From contig CAVWUH010000002.1 in the NCBI GenBank assembly GCA_963758195.1, positions 3,981,560 to 4,045,559 on the forward strand: a stretch of 64,000 nucleotides of DNA, given 5' to 3'. The stretch's first letter is position 1; each line of letters begins with the position of its first letter. A program made the position numbers and the translations under genes. The DNA comes from an uncultured Acidobacteriota bacterium. GTDB taxonomy: Bacteria; Acidobacteriota; Thermoanaerobaculia; Gp7-AA8. Of this stretch, positions 57,647 to 64,000 are shown piece after piece. The notes beneath the pieces were generated by a model. It made no database searches. It saw only the letters and a program-made list of their open reading frames with translations, and was not told where the DNA came from.

Positions 57647-57727
57647 GAGTTGGCGGTTGGCAGTTGGCGGTTGGCAGTAGACGCCAACCCGGCTGCTTGC
57701 TCCCGCCAACTGCCAACCGCCAACTGA
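57647..57727. repeat. heptamer-arm hairpin, family C (CAGTTGG/CGGTTGG ... GCCAACT/GCCAACC units)
   Basis: GAGTTGGCGGTTGGCAGTTGGCGGTTGGCAG ... CCGCCAACTGCCAACCGCCAACTG. Confidence 0.85.
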
Positions 57728-57735
57728 GGATCATC

Positions 57736-57960
57736 GTGCACGTTCGAATCGATTACTGCGGCGTTTGAAACTACCTTCCCAGGGCCTCCAGTCTGGCGGC
57801 CGAGATCCGAAAGAATTTCGATGTCGAGAGCGAGCTCGTTCGCGGCAGCGGCGGCATCTTCGTCGTCTCCGCGAACAATGAAGTGCTCTTCTCCAAGAAG
57901 GACGAAGGCCGCTTCCCGACGGAACGAGAGATCGTCGAAAAGCTCCGCGTGATCGCGTAG
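57736..57960 (+). CDS. SelW/SelT/SelH (Rdx) family selenoprotein, Sec encoded by in-frame TGA 57766-57768
   Basis: Hand translation from GTG 57736 (GAGGA 6 nt upstream): (M)HVRIDYCGV-U-NYLPRASSLAAEIRKNFDVESELVRGSGGIFVVSANNEVLFSKKDEGRFPTEREIVEKLRVIA*. CxxU at the family's CxxC/CxxU position. Not in the ORF track because of the TGA. Confidence 0.7.
57778..57801 (+). promoter_or_regulatory. candidate bacterial SECIS hairpin
   Basis: 12-36 nt after the UGA: GGCC-U-CC AGUCU GG-C-GGCC (57783-57801), or alternatively CCAG GGCCUCCAGU CUGG (57779-57796) with GG at the start of the loop. Confidence 0.4.
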
Positions 57961-57976
57961 TTCACGACAACCAAGA

Positions 57977-58050
57977 TTTCACGCGGAGACGCGGAGACGC
58001 GGAGATGCGGAGAAATGCGTCGCCGATTTCTCTCCGTGTCTCCGCGTCTC
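57977..58050. repeat. octamer-arm hairpin, family D (GCGGAGAC units)
   Basis: TTTCACGCGGAGACGCGGAGACGCGGAGATGCGGAGAAATGCGTCGCCGATTTCTCTCCGTGTCTCCGCGTCTCCGCGTGAACC. Confidence 0.85.
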
Positions 58051-58091
58051 CGCGTGAACCCGAACTCTGCGACTTCATCCATAATGTCTGC

Positions 58092-58433
58092 ATGTCGGAG
58101 CCAACCTTCATCGAGCGTCTCGGGGAGACTGTCCAACTTCACGCAAGTGCGAAGCAGGTGTATGGCGAGCCGGTCGAGCGCGATGGCACGACCGTCATTC
58201 CCGTCGCGCGCGTGCAGTGGGGATTCGGCGGCGGCGGGATCGGACGCGGGGTGGCCGAGCGAGGCGGGGGCGGGGGCGGCGCGCAGGCCTATCCGGTCGG
58301 CTTCATTCACTTCCGTGATGGCGTTGCGGAGTTCCGTCCGATACATGATCCGATGGGCATGATGACCCTCGCCGCGGCGGGCGCAGCTGGCCTCATCGCC
58401 GCGCTGCTTCTGACGAAACTCTTGCGGCGATAA
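58092..58433 (+). CDS. GerW/YtfJ-like small protein
   Basis: Frame of ORF 58005..58433 from ATG 58092: AKQVYGEPVERDGTTVIPVARVQWGFGGGG......GGGGGA.A.PVGFI, with a C-terminal TM. Family recalled from memory. Confidence 0.55.
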   Translation: MSEPTFIERLGETVQLHASAKQVYGEPVERDGTTVIPVARVQWGFGGGGIGRGVAERGGGGGGAQAYPVGFIHFRDGVAEFRPIHDPMGMMTLAAAGAAGLIAALLLTKLLRR

Positions 58434-58451
58434 CCGCCTACAATTCGCCCC

Positions 58452-60170
58452 GTGCGCCCGGAGGTCGAGGAGCTTCGTCCCCAACTGAAAGCGATTCTGT
58501 ACGACTGCGCGGTGGAGATCCGCGCCACGAAAGCCGCCGTGTACATCTTCGACGGTTCGGCGAAGTTCGAGCTCGTGACCGAGTACGGATTCCGCGGCAC
58601 CGGCGTGCGGCAGTGGGCCGATTTCAACGATCCGATCGTCGATCGCTGCGGCCGCGGACGAACGACCTTTGTCGTGAACGGCATCGCCGCCGATCCGCGC
58701 TTTTCTCCGCTGCTTTATGAAGCGTCGACAGACCGTCTTCTCGTCGCGCCTTTGTATTCGCGAGGGAAGCTGATCGGCTTCGTCGACATGCGCGACAAGT
58801 CCGGCCAGGCACCCTTCGAGAGCGGCGACATCGCCAGGGCGCAACACATCGCCGACCGCATGGTCGAGGTCTTCGCGGAGAAACAGCTCTTCGGGCATCA
58901 CTTCATCGCGCTGTCGAAGCTGAGCGGACCGCAGCCGGTCGCCGGATCGGAAAGTGGGAATGTCAGTCCGGTGCCGCCGGTCCGCGAGCATCCGATCGAA
59001 CCGAATCCGGTTGCGATGCCGGTCATTCCGCCCGCTCCTCTTCCCGTGAGCACTCCGACGACGGCACCCGAACCGCCGCCTCCTCGCGTTGCGGTATCGG
59101 CGTCGATGCGCGGTTTGCCTCTGCGCGAAGCACGCGATGCCGCCTATCGCATTCCGGCAACGCCTCCGCCGCCTTCCCTCACCGAGGGGGCGATGAATGC
59201 CGCAAAGGACGTGTTGCGCTCGGTGCTCCTGATTCCGGGCGCCGTCCTCGTTTCGCTCAATGCATTCGGACACCTCGGCGGACTGCAGGAAATCGCCGCG
59301 CGCTCGTCGCTCACCGATGATGCGAAGAAGCTACTCGAGTCGAAGGTCAACGCCTGGCTGGCGAAACGGGGAGAGGCGGGAGGCGCGGTGCGTACCTCCG
59401 TGCACACGCCGTACGGGACGTCGACGCCGCCGATCTCATCGGCTGACGTGCAAAAGATCTTCACCGCGCCGCTCGCCGTCGGCACATTGCGCGGGCTGTA
59501 TCTCACCGTCGCATTCGCCGGCAATCCCGATCGCGTCGGGCACGAGCTCCTCGCGTTGATGCACGCGCATCTGCAGCTCGTGCTCGAGCAGTCGATGCAG
59601 CGCGAGGTCGTTGGCGCGCTGCATGAACGGATCGCCGAGAAATTGATCGAGCCGGATCTCCAGAAGTTCCCGGAGTTACGCCGGCACTCCGAGGCGGTGG
59701 CGACGCTCACCGAGCGTTTCGCGCGGTTCCTGGCGCTGACGCCGCAGGAGGTTGAGAACGCGCGCATCGTGGCGTTGGTTCACGACGCGGGCATGCGCCT
59801 GCTCGATTACGAGCACCTGTATCGCAAGGCCGCGCTCACCGAGGACGAGCTCGGATTTCTGCGGCAACACCCCATCGTCGGCGCGGCGATCGTCGAGCCG
59901 CTCCTCGGCCCGGAGATCGCCCGCGCCGTGCTCTGTCATCACGAGCGCGCGGACGGTTTCGGCTATCCGAGCGCGCTGCGCGGCGAAGACATTCCGCTGC
60001 TCGCGCGCGTCGTGCAGATCTGCGATGCCTGGATCGCGATCACCGATCCCGACGGCTACCAGAAAGCGGACAAGCCCGAGGATGCGCTGGCGATGATGAC
60101 GATCGCCGGCGGAACGCAATTCGATCCCGAGCTCTGCGCGCGCTTCGTCGAGATGATGAAAACGCGTTGA
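58452..60170 (+). CDS. GAF-domain / HD-GYP-domain signalling protein (putative c-di-GMP phosphodiesterase)
   Basis: ORF 572 aa. N-terminal GAF-like region (LLVAPLYSRGKLIGFVDMRDK). C-terminal HS.AVA, ALVHDAGM, HHERADGFGYP. Confidence 0.8.
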   Translation: MRPEVEELRPQLKAILYDCAVEIRATKAAVYIFDGSAKFELVTEYGFRGTGVRQWADFNDPIVDRCGRGRTTFVVNGIAADPRFSPLLYEASTDRLLVAPLYSRGKLIGFVDMRDKSGQAPFESGDIARAQHIADRMVEVFAEKQLFGHHFIALSKLSGPQPVAGSESGNVSPVPPVREHPIEPNPVAMPVIPPAPLPVSTPTTAPEPPPPRVAVSASMRGLPLREARDAAYRIPATPPPPSLTEGAMNAAKDVLRSVLLIPGAVLVSLNAFGHLGGLQEIAARSSLTDDAKKLLESKVNAWLAKRGEAGGAVRTSVHTPYGTSTPPISSADVQKIFTAPLAVGTLRGLYLTVAFAGNPDRVGHELLALMHAHLQLVLEQSMQREVVGALHERIAEKLIEPDLQKFPELRRHSEAVATLTERFARFLALTPQEVENARIVALVHDAGMRLLDYEHLYRKAALTEDELGFLRQHPIVGAAIVEPLLGPEIARAVLCHHERADGFGYPSALRGEDIPLLARVVQICDAWIAITDPDGYQKADKPEDALAMMTIAGGTQFDPELCARFVEMMKTR

Positions 60171-60175
60171 ACACA

Positions 60176-60257
60176 AAGATTTCACGCGGAGACGCGGAGG
60201 ACGCGGAGAAAGAAGTTGCTGACTTTCCTCCGTGTCTCCGCGTCTCCGCGTGAAACC
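60176..60257. repeat. octamer-arm hairpin, family D
   Basis: AAGATTTCACGCGGAGACGCGGAGGACGCGGAGAAAGAAGTTGCTGACTTTCCTCCGTGTCTCCGCGTCTCCGCGTGAAACC. Confidence 0.85.
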
Positions 60258-60317
60258 TCCCTCGCGGCCGGGTAGGGATTCAGGCACGCCGGTCACTCCT
60301 TGGCGAAGGAGAACGGT

Positions 60318-61883
60318 ATGAATCGTCGGGTCGCAAGTGTCGTGTGCCTGGTGGTGATGGTGCTGGTGAGCGGGCCACCGACTCACGCGTTTCTCGAGGA
60401 CCTTTGCCTTCCGCGAAAAGCCGCCGACGGGAAGTTGAGCTGGTGCATCCGCCCGACTTGCGCGCTCCCCGTTTCCGAGAACCGGGCCTGTCCCGAGCAG
60501 ACGCTCGATTTCGCTTCGATCAAGCCGGGCCGCAGCATGATTCACGCGGACTCCACGTACTTCATCGCCATGGCCCTCGGCTATCGCGCCGACGTTGCCT
60601 ACTGGATCGCCGCATACAACGAGGTCACCGACTACGCGCAGTACGTTCCGATCGATCAGTGCGGCGTGCAGGCCGCGAATCAGAACGCCATCGCGCATCA
60701 GAACACGCTGCAGACCGCGCCGAACTCGGGACGCGACTACATTACCGCGTATTTCAACGGCTTTCAGCGGACGAACACCAGCACGGACGGCCCGCTCGAT
60801 CACTACATCGTGAACTTCTCGCCGAACAAGCAGGGCACGGACGTTCATGGTGCGGGCGGCGTGCAGGCGCTGTATCCGTTCCACTATCCGAAGCCGGGCT
60901 ATCCGCTGCAGATCGACGACACGTATCAGAAGACGCTGGCGAATCTGAGGCAGTGGGGCATGCTGCGCGGCGACGAGCCGGGTGTGCTCTGCACGGTCGG
61001 TCTGACGGATGACGCGGATCCGACGAAGTGCGTGACGACCATGACGATCACGGGAACGGTGCCGTTTTTCCCGAAGGCGAACGCCGGCGTGCCGATCAGC
61101 GTCGCCACGGGGAGGAAGGTGCTCAACCTCCCGCAGAAGGGAAACAACATCGTCTACTACGAGCAACTCGGAAACTGGCTGAGCGACAAAGTCAGGACGA
61201 CCGGGACGCTCTGGAAGGATCCGGTTCCGGCACCCGTGCCGGTGCAGATCGCGCGCTTCGGCCTCTATCTCCACGCGCTCCAGGATTCGTCCTCGCACGC
61301 GACGTACTGCGGCGACGACGCGCCGACGCCTCCGGGAGGCTGCGACGTCGGCACGTACATGTACATCTCCAACCCCAGGACCGTGCAGCTCTCCTTCGGC
61401 AGCTCCTGCGCGAACAGCCCGCATCTCGCCGGACACGTGCAGGAGACGGGCACCGGCGATGCGCCGCTGCCCCTCCGCGACTACGTGGCGCTGAACAATA
61501 CCGTTGATGAGTTGATCGTGTTCGCCAACGAAGTCGCGCGCCATCACGAGGGCTGGATCATCAATCCCGAGCTCCTGCCGCTCGACGTCGTCGGCGGGAA
61601 GAGTGCCCAAGGCAACAGCGCGGACGATCTCAAGTCGACCCTCGTCGGGACCATCATCAAGGGAACCGCCTACAGCCGCGCCGAGGTCTATCAATCGGGT
61701 GTCGTCACGAAGCCGCTACAGGAGAAGGACTCGCTGAATCGCCTGCACGCGATGAACGCGGCGTTGAGCGAATATTCGGAGACGGTCCGCAAGCAATCGG
61801 CCCATCCTGATTTGTTCGCTCCGTTCGAGCACATGCCGGGCAATTCGGCCGACCCGAAGGACACGAAGGTCTGCTGGCACTGA
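60318..61883 (+). CDS. secreted hypothetical protein
   Basis: Frame of ORF 60300..61883, start ATG 60318 after AAGGAG. Signal-like VASVVCLVVMVLVSGPPTHA. Many Cys. The motif FGLYLHALQDSSSH is weakly reminiscent of Zn-dependent phospholipase C / P1-nuclease folds. Confidence 0.5.
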   Translation: MNRRVASVVCLVVMVLVSGPPTHAFLEDLCLPRKAADGKLSWCIRPTCALPVSENRACPEQTLDFASIKPGRSMIHADSTYFIAMALGYRADVAYWIAAYNEVTDYAQYVPIDQCGVQAANQNAIAHQNTLQTAPNSGRDYITAYFNGFQRTNTSTDGPLDHYIVNFSPNKQGTDVHGAGGVQALYPFHYPKPGYPLQIDDTYQKTLANLRQWGMLRGDEPGVLCTVGLTDDADPTKCVTTMTITGTVPFFPKANAGVPISVATGRKVLNLPQKGNNIVYYEQLGNWLSDKVRTTGTLWKDPVPAPVPVQIARFGLYLHALQDSSSHATYCGDDAPTPPGGCDVGTYMYISNPRTVQLSFGSSCANSPHLAGHVQETGTGDAPLPLRDYVALNNTVDELIVFANEVARHHEGWIINPELLPLDVVGGKSAQGNSADDLKSTLVGTIIKGTAYSRAEVYQSGVVTKPLQEKDSLNRLHAMNAALSEYSETVRKQSAHPDLFAPFEHMPGNSADPKDTKVCWH

Positions 61884-61908
61884 CGTCGCGCCGAGGCTGG
61901 AGAGTTCG

Positions 61909-61980
61909 GTTTCACGCGGAGACGCGGAGACGCTGAGAAAGAAGTGCCTCTCTCCGTGTCTCCGCGTCTCCGCGTGAACC
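61909..61980. repeat. octamer-arm hairpin, family D
   Basis: GGTTTCACGCGGAGACGCGGAGACGCTGAGAAAGAAGTGCCTCTCTCCGTGTCTCCGCGTCTCCGCGTGAACC. Confidence 0.85.
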
Positions 61981-62013
61981 CAAGCTCTCCGGCCTCGTGA
62001 TAGTTTTCCGCGC

Positions 62014-62298
62014 ATGAAGATCGATCGTGACGAAGCGCGTCGCGTTGCGGAGCTGGCTCACCTCGAATTCGACGACGCAGGCCTCGATCGCATGGCCTCG
62101 GAGATGACGAAGATCCTGACCTACATCGACCAGTTGCGCGAGGTCGACGTCGAAGGATTCGAGGAGCGCGATGCGACGGTGACCCCGTTTCGCGAGGATG
62201 AACCGTCGGCGGGAATCGAGCGCGAGCTCGTGGCGCGCAATGCGCCGGCATGGCGCGATGGTCTCTTCGTCGTACCAAAGGTGATTGCTGGTGAGTGA
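62014..62298 (+). CDS. gatC: Asp-tRNA(Asn)/Glu-tRNA(Gln) amidotransferase subunit C
   Basis: ORF 94 aa: V..VA.LA.LEF.D..L......M..IL.YID.L.EVD. It immediately precedes gatA. Confidence 0.9.
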   Translation: MKIDRDEARRVAELAHLEFDDAGLDRMASEMTKILTYIDQLREVDVEGFEERDATVTPFREDEPSAGIERELVARNAPAWRDGLFVVPKVIAGE

Positions 62299-63679
62299 GG
62301 TTCTCGATCTCCCCTGGAGCGAAGCTCGTGCGGAAGTCTCGCCGCGCGAGTATGTCGACGCCTGCCTCGCCGCGGTCGAACGGCACAACGGCTCGCTCAA
62401 CGCGTTCCTGCGCGTCAATCGTGATGCGCCCGCGGGCGTTCTCCCGTTCGCGGCCAAGGACAACATCGTCACCACCGATCTGCCGGCGACGTGCGGATCG
62501 CGCATTCTCAAGGATTTTCAGTCCCCGTTCGATGCAACGGCAATCGCGCGACTGCGAGCCGCCAGTGGCTCGCTCATCGGTAAAACGAATCTCGACGAGT
62601 TCGCGATGGGCTCGTCCAACGAGCACTCCGCATTCGGTCCGGCGCGGAATCCGTGGGACACGACGCGCGTGCCCGGCGGCTCGTCCGGCGGCTCCGCGGC
62701 CGCCGTCGCCGCACGGCTCGTTCCCGTCGCTCTCGGCTCCGAGACCGGCGGCTCCGTGCGCCAGCCCGCCGCGCTCTGTGGCGTCGTCGGATTCAAACCG
62801 ACATACGGTCGCATCAGCCGTTCGGGCCTCGTCGCCTTTGCCTCGAGTCTCGATCAGATCGGCATCGTGACGAAGACCGCGCGCGACTGCGCCGAAGTCC
62901 TCGGCATCATCGCCGGCTACGATCCGCTCGATTCCACCTCGAGCCGCGAGCCTGCCGGCGACTACACGCGCGACCTCGGCGCGGGTGTGAAGGGATTGCG
63001 CTTCGGCATCGTGCGCGAAGCGCTCGCGCAGCTCGAAGGAGAAGTGCGCGCGAACTTCGACGCTGCCGTCGACGTGCTGCGCCGCGGCGGAGCGATCGTC
63101 GAAGAGGCGAGCGTGCCGACGATTGGCTACGCCATCGCCATCTACTACATCGTCGCCAACGCCGAGGCGAGCGCGAACCTCTCGCGATTCGACGGCATCC
63201 GCTACGGACATCGCAGCGAGCGCGCGCAGACGCTTGAAGACGTCTACTTCGACTCGCGTGGCGAAGGGTTCGGCGCGGAAGTGAAGCGCCGCATCATGCT
63301 CGGCACGTTCGCTCTGTCGTCGGGCTACTACGACGCCTACTACGGCCGCGCGCAGCGCGTGCGCGCCAAACTGCGTCACGAATTCGCGGAGTCGTTCCGC
63401 GCCTTCGACTATCTGATCACGCCGACGACTCCGGAGCCGGCCTTCCCGATCGGTGCGAAGACGGACGATCCGCTGTCGATGTATCTCTCCGACATCTTCA
63501 CGGCGCCGGCGAATCTCGTGGGCATCCCTGCGATCGCGGTCCCCTCGGGATTCAGTGCCGCGGGTCTGCCGCTGTCGCTGCAGATCATGGGACCGCACTT
63601 CGGCGAAGCATCGTTGTTCCGCGCAGCATCGTTCTTCGAAGGCGAAACCGGGTACTGGAAACGACGTCCGGTCATTTGA
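62285..63679 (+). CDS. gatA: Asp-tRNA(Asn)/Glu-tRNA(Gln) amidotransferase subunit A
   Basis: ORF 464 aa. Amidase signature GKTNLDEFAMGSSNE.SAFGP..NPWD..RVPGGSSGGSAAAVAA, GSDTGGS-like GSETGGSVRQPA. Start is TTG 62285 or GTG 62291. Confidence 0.93.
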   Translation: MLVSEVLDLPWSEARAEVSPREYVDACLAAVERHNGSLNAFLRVNRDAPAGVLPFAAKDNIVTTDLPATCGSRILKDFQSPFDATAIARLRAASGSLIGKTNLDEFAMGSSNEHSAFGPARNPWDTTRVPGGSSGGSAAAVAARLVPVALGSETGGSVRQPAALCGVVGFKPTYGRISRSGLVAFASSLDQIGIVTKTARDCAEVLGIIAGYDPLDSTSSREPAGDYTRDLGAGVKGLRFGIVREALAQLEGEVRANFDAAVDVLRRGGAIVEEASVPTIGYAIAIYYIVANAEASANLSRFDGIRYGHRSERAQTLEDVYFDSRGEGFGAEVKRRIMLGTFALSSGYYDAYYGRAQRVRAKLRHEFAESFRAFDYLITPTTPEPAFPIGAKTDDPLSMYLSDIFTAPANLVGIPAIAVPSGFSAAGLPLSLQIMGPHFGEASLFRAASFFEGETGYWKRRPVI

Positions 63680-63691
63680 GCAAAGTTTTTC

Positions 63692-63725
63692 ACTCCGCAT
63701 CTCCGCGCCTCCGCGTGAGAACCGT
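63692..63725. repeat. collapsed half copy of family D
   Basis: TTCAC-TCCGCATCTCCGCGCCTCCGCGTGAGAACC. Only the right-arm type is present. Confidence 0.6.
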
Positions 63726-63769
63726 TTCACCCATTTGATCCCGCGCTTCGCTGAGGCTAGACTGTTCGG

Positions 63770-64000
63770 GTGCGTGGGTGGGTGTGGCTCTTCCTGAATC
63801 TTCAGATCGCGGCGTATCTCTCCGCCGCGCCTTCCCCTCCCCCGAGCTCCATCGCGGTCGCGCAGATGTCGATCGACGTCCGCGCGTCCCTCACGCGTGA
63901 CTACGACATCGAAGTCGCCGTGAAGCCGCATGAGGGCGATGCCTGGACGCGGCTGGCGAAGCGGGTCACCGGCGATGCGGCGAACTGGGAAGACATCGCC
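63770..64000 (+). CDS. hypothetical protein, N-terminal fragment running off the window (hydrophobic N-terminus, possible LysM-like motif)
   Basis: Open from the stop at 63758-63760; GTG 63770: VRGWVWLFLNLQIAAYLSAAPSPPPSS...HEGDAWTRLAKRVTGDAANWEDIA. No stop before the window end. Not in the ORF track. Confidence 0.35.
   Translation, partial: MRGWVWLFLNLQIAAYLSAAPSPPPSSIAVAQMSIDVRASLTRDYDIEVAVKPHEGDAWTRLAKRVTGDAANWEDIA

Noticed and set aside
9556-63725. The short tandem units as CRISPR arrays
   Set aside because: The units are 7-8 nt, directly abutting, without spacers. They are arranged as inverted arms of single hairpins. No cas genes are present.
436-63931. Many long ORFs antisense to or overlapping the called genes (e.g. 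436..1977+, 6949..8169-, 31990..33351-, 35671..37230-, 37837..39516-, 54638..56473-, 59676..61694-, 61691..63931-)
   Set aside because: Their translations are Arg/Ala/Gly/Pro-rich low-complexity strings with no recognisable motifs. They lie opposite genes with clear family signatures. Stop-poor antisense frames are expected in GC-rich DNA. The one exception kept is the last 27 codons of 6949..8169, the his leader.
1-64000. tRNA, rRNA, transposase, integrase or phage genes, and toxin-antitoxin or defence-system signatures
   Set aside because: No cloverleaf-like or rRNA-like stretch and no ORF with recombinase, transposase, nuclease-ATPase or defence-type motifs was recognised. The accessory character of 9.6-53.3 kb is explained by polysaccharide biosynthesis genes.

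Overview
GC-rich, gene-dense bacterial chromosome segment. No tools were run: every call comes from hand translation and motif recognition, and the repeat style and gene content suggest an Acidobacteriota-like soil bacterium, which is a guess. There are three blocks. (1) 1-7032, minus strand: a complete, translationally coupled histidine operon (hisZ-G-D-C-B-H-A/F-IE), preceded by a His-codon leader peptide and a terminator hairpin, which is a candidate attenuator. (2) tyrS and a secreted protein, then a polysaccharide (EPS/O-antigen-like) locus of about 44 kb (9.6-53.3 kb). It has a MarR-type EPS regulator, a Wzz-like protein, Wzx, Wzy, an O-antigen-ligase-like protein, a WecA-type initiating transferase, at least 7 glycosyltransferases and at least 5 methyltransferases. 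Its sugar routes are GDP-fucose (gmd/fcl), a CDP-6-deoxyhexose route with a C-methyltransferase, a UDP-HexNAc-uronate route with an AsnB-type amidotransferase, and WecB. (3) 53.5-64 kb: RodZ-like, helical-repeat, DnaJ-TPR, PP2C, GerW-like and GAF/HD-GYP genes, then gatC/gatA. Main observations beyond ordinary annotation: (a) the his leader/attenuator; (b) an uncalled SelW/Rdx-type selenoprotein gene with in-frame TGA and a downstream hairpin; (c) nearly every intergenic spacer holds hairpin repeats whose arms are tandem 7-nt (one family 8-nt) units, and several copies are translated inside genes; (d) at least 15 frameshifts and 2 in-frame TAG codons, 9 of these disruptions within 56.1-57.4 kb, so either assembly indel error or real gene decay; (e) hisA and hisF share one open frame. 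No rRNA, tRNA, CRISPR array, transposase or integrase was recognised.
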